A stretch of 64,000 nucleotides of DNA from assembly GCA_030390025.1 (NCBI GenBank), contig CM059432.1:152088001-152152000 (forward strand), written 5' to 3'. Source of the stretch: Squalus acanthias (taxonomy: Eukaryota). The position numbers and the translations under genes were made by a program. Positions 57,901 through 64,000 of this stretch are shown here, piece after piece. Under the pieces are notes generated by a model that was given only the letters and a program-made list of their open reading frames with translations, was not told the DNA's origin and ran no database searches. Position 1 is the stretch's first letter. Every line of letters starts with the position of its first letter.

Positions 57901-59501
57901 TGTCGCCTCCAGTCCAGATCCAAGGTCGTCCCATCCTCTGTCGTCGAATTACAGTATGCAGACGACGCTTGCGTCTGCGCTCACTCGGAGGTGTAACTCC
58001 AAAAACCATCATTGGCTGTAAAGTACTTTGGGACGTCCTGAGGCTGTCAAAGGCGCTATCTAAATGCAAGTTCCTTGTTTGAGTGGCTGAAACTCATTTG
58101 TGATTTCAAACACATAACCATTTGGGTAGGAGTCAAATATTCTTTTTCTCCCTCTACCCCCCCCCCCCTTTTTAATTCCTTCATCCTTTTCCTGAGCATT
58201 TTCTCCCAAAGATACTGATTCCTCACAGACGTTGAGCACAAGTGGCCTTTAATACCTCGCTCATTCTTGTTGATTGAGTCCCAAACAAACGAGTGTCGAC
58301 AGACTATCCAACAGCCCGGCATTCAAAGCTAAGCTCAATCCGGTTCTCCAACATCCACACTTCTGGTGGGGCTCACCTGATGATAATTAGGAATGGGAAC
58401 TCCGAACATTTCCCCTAACCTAGGGCTAACTGTAGTGCTACTACTGCCAGCTTAGCTAACTCAGCACAGATATGCTTTATAAAAATTAGTTTTTGAAGTG
58501 TGCTCACTCTTGTGTAGGCAAATGCAGAAGTCAACTTGTACACAGCAAGATCTCGCAACTACAATGAGGTGATTGATTTTTTTTGGTGTTGGGATGAATG
58601 TTGAAGGACATTGAGAGAAATATGAAGACGTTACACCAAAACAGGCCATGTCCATGTTTACCCTCCACATGAGTAAATAGTCCTAATCATGTTTAGCCAC
58701 TCAGTTCCTACAATCCCTGTCTCTCTCCGATTAGTGCCATGAGATCTTCACTAACCACCTGAATAGGCAGAGAGGGCATTAATGTCTCATCCAGGACACA
58801 ACGCTCGAGCCATGCAATATTCCAGTGAAGTGTCAGTTTATTTGCTCAAGCGCTGGCGTGGCGCCTGAACCCACAACTCTGAGGTGAGAGTTCTACTAGC
58901 TAAGCCAAGTGCATTTAGCAAAAAATACACCTTCACCCTCATATATATTTCCAATTGTCCTTTGAGTTTTTTTGGCTGCTGGGGGACTACTGTGTTGAAT
59001 TTGAAAGAGGGGGCCTATAGTGATTCCTGGATTTAGCCAGTTAAGCCTGTTGGTATGAAGGTTTCCTTTCTCTGTTAGTTCCTATGTGGAATAAGTTTGG
59101 CAGTCTTGATTCATTCCTTGATGCTTACAATTCAAAATGAATTGGAATACCTGAGGTTGGCTGGATATAGAAATGCCACACTGGGGAATTAGGAGTGCTC
59201 TTAGTTTGGCAGAGGGAGTTTTACCCTATCTAATTAAAATATTCCCCAGAATAGATAATTTTTGTTCTCCTCCATATTCCTGAAATAGATTTGTTTCACT
59301 TTCTGAAAATGTGTTTTGCAGATGGTTCACAACCTCCAAGATGAAAGTTGCTTTGTAATCAGCACAGTAAAAGGTATGTATGTTTCTTCATAAGCAATTT
59401 GTACAAGCCAACCTAATAAGCAGATTGATCATATGTAATGTATTTTTTTCTCTTATTTTACAGCTGAAAATACTGAAGGCTACCATGTAATTTTGAAGTA
59501 A
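915..59501 (+). CDS. UBP1: Upstream-binding protein 1 (LBP-1, CP2/LSF family transcription factor), 5'-partial; join(915..991,4101..4206,8659..8765,9129..9281,10369..10479,18105..18212,23770..23867,24073..24127,39250..39343,39895..39985,43003..43124,56160..56302,59322..59373,59464..59501)
   Basis: 14 AG/GT-bounded exons splice into one open frame (1355 nt plus 1 nt from the upstream exon) ending YHVILK-TAA. It has the CP2 DNA-binding domain ([47 protein letters not shown]), a SAM-like region (QQWLHKNRF...[15 protein letters not shown]) and the C-terminal region. The [24 protein letters not shown] exon and CSPWPD...[14 protein letters not shown] segment match UBP1 rather than TFCP2/TFCP2L1 as I recall them. 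Confidence 0.93.
1374..2103. mobile_element. PIF/Harbinger-type MITE (non-autonomous DNA transposon)
   Basis: Imperfect TIRs GGCCCAGAAATT / AATTTTTGGCCC flanked by aat / att; CpG-rich ends, AT-rich core, perfect subterminal hairpins at 1990..2042 and 2053..2081. Confidence 0.75.
2131..3366 (-). mobile_element. Solo LTR (ERV- or Gypsy-type), antisense to the gene
   Basis: TGTAAAG...CTAACA termini flanked by a 4-bp direct repeat CAAC (2127..2130 and 3367..3370); minus-strand ATTAAA at 2217..2222 and AATAAA at 2475..2480; retains CpGs unlike the surrounding intron. Confidence 0.75.
4101..4206 (+). CDS. UBP1: UBP1 exon: [35 protein letters not shown](D)
   Basis: cctag|AGTATA...TTAG|gtaagt; 106 nt. 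Confidence 0.95.
4302..5068. mobile_element. PIF/Harbinger-type MITE
   Basis: Perfect 18-bp TIR GGCCCGGAATTTGCGGTC (4302..4319 / 5051..5068) with 3-bp TSD AAT (4299..4301, 5069..5071). Confidence 0.9.
5078..7107 (+). mobile_element. CR1 LINE (subfamily B), degenerate and internally deleted
   Basis: Endonuclease remnants ([15 protein letters not shown]), RT remnants ([29 protein letters not shown]) and the 3' tail ggcctcctgtgctgtatcattctatg. Confidence 0.85.
7419..8103. mobile_element. PIF/Harbinger-type MITE, older copy
   Basis: GGGCCGGATTTTGTGGT ... ACCTCAAAATCAGAGCC imperfect TIRs, att/aat flanks, same internal layout as the other MITEs. Confidence 0.75.
8659..8765 (+). CDS. UBP1: UBP1 exon: (D)[35 protein letters not shown]
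   Basis: tacag|ATATT...ATTCAG|gttggt; 107 nt. Confidence 0.95.
9129..9281 (+). CDS. UBP1: UBP1 exon: [51 protein letters not shown]
   Basis: tgcag|GTACAT...TTCAAG|gtacag; 153 nt, phase 0/0. Confidence 0.96.
10369..10479 (+). CDS. UBP1: UBP1 exon: [37 protein letters not shown]
   Basis: ctccag|CCAAAA...ACTGAG|gtaaaa; 111 nt. Confidence 0.95.
12075..15160 (+). mobile_element. CR1 LINE (subfamily A), nearly complete but disrupted ORF2 (APE endonuclease + RT) and 3' UTR
   Basis: ORFs 12498..13118 ([16 protein letters not shown]), 13568..14113 ([34 protein letters not shown]) and 14487..14996; tail ggctcgaggggccgaatgacctactcctgctcc. Confidence 0.95.
15300..15560 (-). mobile_element. Ancient CR1-like RT fragment
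   Basis: Degenerate KCTNDTKL...IQRHL...W resembling KFADDTKL...LQRDL. Confidence 0.45.
18105..18212 (+). CDS. UBP1: UBP1 LBP-1b-type (probable cassette) exon: [36 protein letters not shown]
   Basis: gtccag|ATGAGG...GGCAGT|gtaagg; 108 nt, symmetric phase 0/0. Confidence 0.92.
19148..19430 (+). mobile_element. tRNA-derived SINE with L2/CR1-group LINE tail, degenerate
   Basis: B-box-like gagttcaaagccc, body like 37945..38365, tail actaggaatgggtaataaat. Confidence 0.65.
19860..20406. mobile_element. PIF/Harbinger-type MITE
   Basis: AGGCCAGAATTTGCTG ... CAGCAAAATCTGGCCC TIRs; ccttaaccaatgagattta motif and AG-rich tract. Confidence 0.8.
20410..21091. mobile_element. PIF/Harbinger-type MITE abutting the previous copy
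   Basis: GGTCCAAATCTTGCTGGA ... TCCAGCAAGATTTGTGCC (16/18 inverted match); TSD AAT at 20407..20409 and 21092..21094. Confidence 0.85.
22015..22458 (+). mobile_element. Deu-domain SINE (SacSINE1-like)
   Basis: tRNA-like head (ctcagttggtagc...gttcaaatccc), Deu-like core (ccatggtactatt...ggagttctcc...aaattggctgcc), tail gctatgtaaatgcaag. Confidence 0.7.
23770..23867 (+). CDS. UBP1: UBP1 exon: [32 protein letters not shown](S)
   Basis: ctacag|TGCTCC...GACAG|gtacag; 98 nt. Confidence 0.92.
24073..24127 (+). CDS. UBP1: UBP1 exon: (S)[18 protein letters not shown]
   Basis: ttgcag|TAACTC...GTGGAG|gtatgt; 55 nt. Confidence 0.9.
24660..26246 (+). mobile_element. CR1 LINE (subfamily B), 5'-truncated, interrupted by a nested CR1
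   Basis: [20 protein letters not shown]...KFADDTKLG; 3' tail ggccggatggcctccttctgtgctgtaaccattctatgattcta. Confidence 0.9.
25257..25808 (-). mobile_element. CR1 (subfamily A) 3' fragment nested in the opposite orientation
   Basis: [14 protein letters not shown]...RTRGH on the minus strand; TSD TGGATA at 25251..25256 and 25809..25814. Confidence 0.9.
26725..27052 (-). mobile_element. L2/CR1-group LINE 3' fragment
   Basis: Same 3' end as 35555..36286 (gggatgggcaataaatgctggcc on the minus strand). Confidence 0.85.
27053..27700 (+). mobile_element. CR1 (subfamily A) fragment
   Basis: [12 protein letters not shown]...[18 protein letters not shown]. Confidence 0.85.
28578..28875 (+). mobile_element. 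tRNA-derived SINE with L2/CR1-group LINE tail
   Basis: gagttcaaatcccacactggc head; tail attagggatgg...ttgccag...cacatccc. Confidence 0.65.
29420..29570 (-). mobile_element. Deu-domain SINE 3' part
   Basis: Reverse complement of gctgtttgtgggagcttgctgtgtgcaaattggctg...ggcgctataaaaatgcaa. Confidence 0.75.
31045..33878 (+). mobile_element. CR1 LINE with ORF1 esterase (SGNH-like) remnant and internally deleted ORF2
   Basis: [11 protein letters not shown]...KVIISGLLP in ORF 31028..31444; RT fragments; 3' tail; flanking duplicated GATTCAG (31036..31042 and 33879..33885). Confidence 0.9.
32080..32446 (-). mobile_element. V-domain SINE (HE1-like), 5'-truncated, with CR1-derived tail
   Basis: gtgggaggaaaccggagcacccggaggaaacccacgcagacacggggagaatgtgcaaactccacacagac (reverse V-domain); CR1-like tail ending in (tttctatg)n on the minus strand. 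Confidence 0.8.
34757..35520 (-). mobile_element. Older CR1 RT fragment
   Basis: Minus strand NYRPVSLTS...GVPPGSVL...[13 protein letters not shown] remnants. Confidence 0.7.
35555..37540 (-). mobile_element. L2/CR1-group LINE, 5'-truncated RT and 3' end
   Basis: ORFs 36645..37250, 36313..36630 ([17 protein letters not shown]) and 35555..36286. Confidence 0.9.
37945..38365 (+). mobile_element. tRNA-derived SINE with L2/CR1-group LINE tail
   Basis: A-box-like tagtggtt, B-box-like gttcaaatc; tail caccaccttt...gggcaataaatactgaccttgccagtgatgcc. Confidence 0.75.
39250..39343 (+). CDS. UBP1: UBP1 exon: [31 protein letters not shown](G)
   Basis: ctccag|CAACTG...TCTCAG|gtactg; 94 nt. Confidence 0.94.
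39895..39985 (+). CDS. UBP1: UBP1 exon: (G)[29 protein letters not shown](R)
   Basis: tcacag|GTTCTG...GCAAG|gtaacg; 91 nt. Confidence 0.94.
41780..42303 (-). mobile_element. CR1 (subfamily A) 3' fragment
   Basis: ORF 41871..42191 and tail closely similar to 14640..15160. Confidence 0.92.
43003..43124 (+). CDS. UBP1: UBP1 exon: (R)[40 protein letters not shown](V)
   Basis: atgcag|ATCTGT...ATATG|gtaagc; 122 nt. Confidence 0.92.
43425..43560 (+). mobile_element. L2/CR1-group LINE extreme 3' fragment
   Basis: ctacctaacagcactgtgggagtaccttc...gcccacatccca followed by A-rich tail. Confidence 0.85.
43705..45550 (-). mobile_element. CR1 (subfamily A) RT to 3' end, with a nested CR1 3' fragment at about 44556..44922
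   Basis: ORFs 44958..45329, 44190..44402 and 43851..44174; a second tail (catagata)n at 44556 with ORF 44655..44954. Confidence 0.9.
45790..46770 (+). pseudogene. PIF/Harbinger (HARBI1-like, DDE_Tnp_4-type) transposase pseudogene
   Basis: Frameshifted motifs in the expected order: PYLDM...[26 protein letters not shown]...[24 protein letters not shown]...[29 protein letters not shown]....VLHNLA, then an acidic tail. Confidence 0.8.
47110..48892 (-). mobile_element. CR1 (subfamily A), 5'-truncated, young-looking
   Basis: ORFs 48247..48891 and 47488..48135 nearly identical in translation to 13568..14996. Confidence 0.95.
49090..50445 (-). mobile_element. CR1 (subfamily B-like) fragments
   Basis: [12 protein letters not shown]...[32 protein letters not shown]; tail near 49365..49430. 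Confidence 0.8.
50540..50760 (-). pseudogene. Myb/SANT-like DNA-binding protein remnant (Harbinger second ORF)
   Basis: KRKR...VLEVLQKE...LLG...AAW, then a frameshift to [30 protein letters not shown] followed by a gt donor-like site; fits the W..IA..VN...R.W.Q..KKF..L pattern of trihelix/Myb-like Harbinger proteins. Confidence 0.6.
53215..55030 (-). mobile_element. L2/CR1-group LINE, degenerate with internal deletions
   Basis: [19 protein letters not shown] and the shared 3' tail. Confidence 0.85.
55036..55385 (-). mobile_element. Deu-domain SINE (SacSINE1-like)
   Basis: Reverse complement of head tggctcagttggtagc...gggttcaag and core gtaaaagatcctatggcactatttcgaagag. Confidence 0.8.
55386..55950 (-). 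mobile_element. Old CR1 fragment
   Basis: [12 protein letters not shown]...VEEED...[14 protein letters not shown]-like pre-RT segment. Confidence 0.6.
55955..56075 (-). mobile_element. tRNA-SINE head fragment (same family as 37945..38365)
   Basis: Reverse complement gtacagtagcatagcgcttatgttactggaccagtaatc...gagttcaattcccaccatggcagtttg. Confidence 0.65.
56160..56302 (+). CDS. UBP1: UBP1 exon: (V)[47 protein letters not shown]
   Basis: ttttag|TGTACC...GATCAG|gtaagt; 143 nt. Confidence 0.95.
56441..58074 (+). mobile_element. Deu-domain SINE (SacSINE1-like), interrupted by the RTE insertion
   Basis: Head and core at 56441..56807; tail attggctgtaaagtactttgggacgtcc...taaatgcaag resumes at 58011. 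Confidence 0.85.
56808..58010 (-). mobile_element. RTE-clade LINE, 5'-truncated with an inverted 5' segment (about 57712..58010)
   Basis: Minus strand [30 protein letters not shown]-terminal CPTC...SHLRTH; plus strand [14 protein letters not shown] and LQYADD. Confidence 0.9.
58484..58910 (-). mobile_element. Degenerate Deu-domain SINE
   Basis: gtgccatgagatctt and cctgaacccacaactctgag...ctaagccaa remnants. Confidence 0.55.
59322..59373 (+). CDS. UBP1: UBP1 exon: [17 protein letters not shown](A)
   Basis: ttgcag|ATGGTT...AAAAG|gtatgt; 52 nt. Confidence 0.92.
59464..59501 (+). CDS. UBP1: UBP1 terminal coding exon: (A)[11 protein letters not shown]
   Basis: ttacag|CTGAAA...AAG TAA; the family-typical ...ILK C-terminus. 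Confidence 0.92.
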
Positions 59502-60980
59502 CCTGTCCCATTTAGCAGTTAAGCTGGACTACATTTTTGCATATAGAAGATATCTTTATTATGACAAAGGACATTGAGCAAATCCATGTAAATTGTTAGA
59601 ATCTGACTTCACTGTACAAAATGTTTCATATTGAAAACACAGCTTGACTGTTCAGTTACCTTACTGTGAGTTTGAAACTTCTGGAAATATCACTGCCACC
59701 AATCAGCACCCTCCCTGCATGTCTAAGGATGCAGCAAGCTCAAGGGTAGGCCTGAAAGTCCAGAAATTATGGTTCAAAGTGGTCTTCATAAATATGACAT
59801 GAGGAGGAAAATGGCCAGTAGATCCAGTTTTGCACAATAATTGTCTCATTTTGAAGCATTTATGCTTCACCTTACCTGTCTAGTTTCTTGATGATTGGTT
59901 TCGAGATTGATGTTGAGGTATGCCATGTTATTTTTTTTTAAATGTTTGCCTTTTACTTTCTGTGCCGTAATGCATTTTTACTGCCTTTTATATGATGATA
60001 CTAGTTTGCCCAGCTAGAAGTGTATCTGCAAGATCATATAGTGCAGTTGCTAATCTGCATTCTGAGGAGAAAAAGAAAGGCAGTATAAAAAAAAATGTTG
60101 TGATTTCAATTCCTGATCTCAAATCAGGACATTTGTTTAATTTAAAGTTGCAGCTTGCACATTCTTGAGCTATATTGTTTCCCTGCTTCCTTTAAGGTCA
60201 CAAAGGTTTTTTTAAAAAAAAGCCAACACCCCTGTGGAGGCTGCCCTTATTTCTGTTTTTGAACATTTAGTGCATTTTAGTGTTTCAGTTCAATGTCAAA
60301 CCTTTTGTAGATAAACAGCAGTTGTGAATAAAGCAGCAGCTTCTCAGTTTTGTTAGTAAGAGGAAAGGTGTATTCTGCATTTTAAAAATTTACAATAAAT
60401 TTGTAAATGTCCATTAATCAAATCCTATGCTTTTGAAAGCAGTATTTAAAAATGTAGTTGTGTCCTATGATTTAAGTCATACTTGTGCCTCTGTGACCAA
60501 ATCTCACTGCACTGATATGTTAATAAAAATCAAGATTGTTTGCTTACTTTTCAAATGTTTGAGGGATTATAATTATCAGTTGACAATCAAGCATTTTTAC
60601 AAATTAGAGGTTTTCCCACCAAGGGAGAAAACAAACTTGTACCATAGCTGTCTACTTCAACTTGGCTGTCAGAATTGCTTTAAAATATACCGAGGAGAAT
60701 AGCAGCTTTTGGCATGGAATTCAGATTGCAATTTAATTATAAGTACACTGGTGCAAAAACAGCCATAGGTAATGTCCCAATAGTGTTACGTTTCACTTAA
60801 TTTGTGATTAGAATAAGCACCAGCAACGTTGTTACTCTTGGTTTAGAGATTTATTATGGGATGTGCATAAATTCACATTGCCTCTGTAATAAAGTTTTCA
60901 AATCACTTTTTGCAAATGTCTCTTTAAACTGTATAAGTGTTTAAATTAATGACAATTAAACCACTGATTGGTGTTTGCTG
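59502..60980 (+). other. Probable UBP1 3' UTR with several candidate polyadenylation signals
   Basis: AT-rich sequence with no recognised repeats after the stop; AATAAA at 60327, 60394, 60522 and 60888, ATTAAA at 60955. The true end is not determinable. Confidence 0.6.
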
Positions 60981-61344
60981 ACCATCAACATTATATACCA
61001 GTGTGAAATGTTGGCATTTAACCCACATAACTTGTTCATTTTCAACAATTGTTGGGCTGTGCCTGCATGTGGTTTCAGCTTGAGCTGAGGATAAAGGTTA
61101 ATAGAATATTTCATACTAAATCACTGCAAAAACTGAATTTCCATAATTCTTTTGGTTGGTCTGAGAATTGGGTTTATGCGCCCTGTACTCAGATTAAATT
61201 GCACCAAAGTAGAGCCCTGCACAAAGCCTCAATCTGTTCTGTTGTCTCCACAGATGCTGGCTGACCTGCTGTGCATTTCCTGTCTTTTTATTTACTTTAC
61301 TACAACTGCCAAGCTTTTTCCCTTAAACTCCAATAGGGGTCTTT

Positions 61345-61365
61345 TATATATATATATATTATATA

Positions 61366-61397
<32 letters not shown>
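61345..61397. repeat. (TA)n microsatellite, imperfect
   Basis: Direct reading. Confidence 0.95.
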
Positions 61398-61400
<3 letters not shown>

Positions 61401-63199
61401 CACCCATAGAATGACACAGCAGGCCCATGGAAAACAAATTTGTCCTCATGCAGAATCCTTACAACTCCAGAAGAGCCCAGGTTGGTAACAGACTGAATCT
61501 CAAGGAAGTGATCTCCTAAAGATGTTGCCCATGTAATTATCCCTTTGATTGTTCTTTTGTCTTGACAGGAGGGCACTCCACCTCATTTCCATTCAAAAGG
61601 TTCACTTGGTTTGCGCATTCTTTGACTGGCTTTTCTGCAGTTATTTAAATATTGACATCTTAAAAGATAAAGCACAGTGACGAGGTCCCAGGCCTTCACA
61701 AGAGCTGGCCATATTGGCTATCATACATAAGGTGCTTATATTACTCTAGTGCAGCGGGCTCCCAAGCGTGGGTATAATGCAGGTGGCCGCAAGCCAAATG
61801 TAAACCTGACAGGATTTGCTAAAACCAGTGGCCTGGAAGAGTTGCTAAAAACTGGTTTCCCCAGCAGCCAGTCTTGGTGAATCCTGGCAGTTTTATGCTT
61901 GAAGCCAGCTGCACAACACCCACACTTTGGGAACCTGGTGACAGTAGCACAGATTTTGTGCAATATAAAAGCATCTACAGAAATTACAGCACAGAGACCA
62001 ATCAGCCTACTGTGCCTGTGCTATTGCTTCAATTGCAGCAACCTACTGTAATCCTCTTCCCTTTATCCAACTGCCTTTGAAATCATGTTATATAGCTTGT
62101 GAATAACTGGTTGTGGTAAAGCACAACATGTTTTAATAAGAGTGTTTGAAAGCACTTCTAACTTCCCCCTTCGTTCTTCTAGTGATAATCCTTCAAGTTT
62201 GATATGCACTCGTGTGACAGCCGCTCACACTTGCATCTTTCAGGAAAAGCTTCTGAGATGACGAGCTCTTGCAGGTATGTATACATTGTGTTTGTCTTGG
62301 CCAATAAATAAATAGGTACTTGCCGCCCCCTTCTGCTGCATCAGCCAAAGGGCCAGCTGGTGGTGAGTGTGCTCTCCAGGCAGCATTGATGTGTCCTGGA
62401 ACGCCGAAACGGAAATAACGGTTCAAATTTGATTTGAGTGTCAAGGTCTTGTCAACTTTTGAGAAATATCTGGAGTTAAACTGGTTTACCCACAGTCTCT
62501 AAAATAAACCAATCACCAAGGTCTGAACTGTGAAGAATATATTAGATGTCAGCAGTTCCATTGAGATAGCAAACCTAGGAACCAATTATACAACATAATA
62601 TAATCTCTAACAGGCTGGACTAGCATGTAGATAGTTACTGTTCCATCCTTCTCCCTCATGACTTGGAAATGGAATGTGGGTTCCATTTTTGGATGGAAAA
62701 AATAATTGACAGGACTAAGTGGAATTATAAATTGTTTGTACAGTAACTGAACCTAGTATATAATGGGAGGTCCAAGCATATGCATGCATCAGTACTGTGG
62801 TACTCAGGGCTGTGGAGCAGTTTAATGTCCTCTCACTGCCCTTAACACCCCAAATACAACTGAATTTTGAGATGACGTGCTGTTGCGGCCTCTTTTATGC
62901 TGATGTGTTCCTGGGGAGGACAATATCTGTAGGAAGGTTAACCAGAAGGATTCTGAAGCGGCGCATAGTTTTTGTGGGCTTCCAATTTTCTGCTCAGCAT
63001 GGTTGGATGCTGGGTGTGGGTATAATTTGTAGAAACATGCCCTTCTTGGCTGCAAACCCACCAACATTCCTAAGATGCATGGGGAGGGTGAAGATGTTAT
63101 GGAAACAAAGCTGCTTCATAGGTCAAATAGGGAAAATTCCTGTGCTACACATTAACTAAACTGCTCTTGCCCTGAACTAGAAAAGTTAATTCACTTTAC

Positions 63200-64000
63200 T
63201 TCCAATTTCCACCCTTCCCTCACCTTCACATGGTCCATCTCCGTGTCTTCATTTCTGACGATAGGCTATCGACAAACATCCACTACAAGCCCACTAACTC
63301 CCATAGCTACCTAGACTCCGCTTCCTGTAAGGACTATTCCATTCTCCCAGTTTCTCCATCTCCGCCGCGTCTGTTCGGACGATGCCACCTTCCATACCAG
63401 TGCTTCTGACATGTCTTCCTTTTTCCTCAGCCGAGGATTCCCCTCTACTGTGGTTGACATGGCCCTTGACCATGTCCGTTCCATTTCCCGCACTTCTGCT
63501 CTCACCCCTACCCCACCCTCCCAGAACCACAATAGGGTTCCCCTTGTCCTCGCCTTTCATCCCACCAGCCTCCACATTCAACGGGCCATTTCCGCCACCT
63601 CCGTGATACCACCAAACGCATCTTCCCCTCACCTCCCCTTTCAGCATTCCGAAGGAACCGCTCCCTCCGCGACACCCTGGTTTACCCCTAACAGCCTTCG
63701 CCCGGCACCTTCCCGTGCAAGCACAGGAGATGCAATACCTACCCTTTTACCTCCTCCCTTCCCACTGTCCAGGGCCCCAAACACCCCTTCCAGGTGAAAC
63801 AGCGATTTATTGTTTTCGCTGCTCATGATGCAGTCTCCTCTACATTGGGGAGACCAAACGCAGATTAGGCGACCGCTTTGTGGAACACCTCTGTTCAGTC
63901 CGTAAGGGTGATCTGAGCTTCCGGTCGCCTGTCACTTTAATTCTCCGCTTCACTCCCACTCTGATCTCTCGGCCTCTTACACTGTTCCAACGAAGCTCAA
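63200..64000 (+). mobile_element. Penelope-like retroelement fragment (RT C-terminal region + GIY-YIG endonuclease), runs off the window
   Basis: KPTNSHSYLD..., IPFSQFLHLRRVCSDDATF, NRVPLVLAFHP, LYIGETKRRLGDRFVEHLCSV...PVACHFNS across frameshifts. Confidence 0.85.

Noticed and set aside
915..59501. TFCP2 or TFCP2L1 rather than UBP1
   Set aside because: The [10 protein letters not shown]... exon and the [14 protein letters not shown] linker are UBP1-like; a phylogeny or synteny check would be the definitive test.
1..64000. CRISPR arrays, operons or other prokaryotic systems
   Set aside because: The window is a spliced vertebrate gene with eukaryotic transposable elements; no regularly spaced repeat-spacer structure was seen.

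Overview
Vertebrate nuclear DNA, most likely a shark or other cartilaginous fish (inferred from its CR1 LINEs, Deu-domain SacSINE1-like SINEs and HE1/V-SINE-like repeat). The window holds the last 14 coding exons (915..59501, + strand, all GT-AG, phases consistent, about 451 codons plus TAA) and the 3' UTR of the CP2/LSF-family transcription factor UBP1 (LBP-1). These include the 108-nt LBP-1b-type exon. The first coding exons lie upstream of the window. The introns are packed with mobile DNA: at least two CR1 subfamilies, an L2/CR1-group LINE, three SINE families, a solo LTR with a 4-bp target duplication, five PIF/Harbinger-type MITEs, a decayed two-gene Harbinger element (transposase plus Myb/SANT-like gene) and a 5'-inverted RTE copy. 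A Penelope-like element lies at the right edge. Most ORFs in the supplied track are retroelement fragments or spurious. I found no clearly new biological system. The most unusual signals are the twin-priming-like inverted RTE, the Harbinger fossil with its hairpin-bearing MITE family, and the solo LTR with an internal 27-bp perfect inverted repeat. Exon, TIR and TSD coordinates were read base by base; boundaries of degenerate repeats are approximate.
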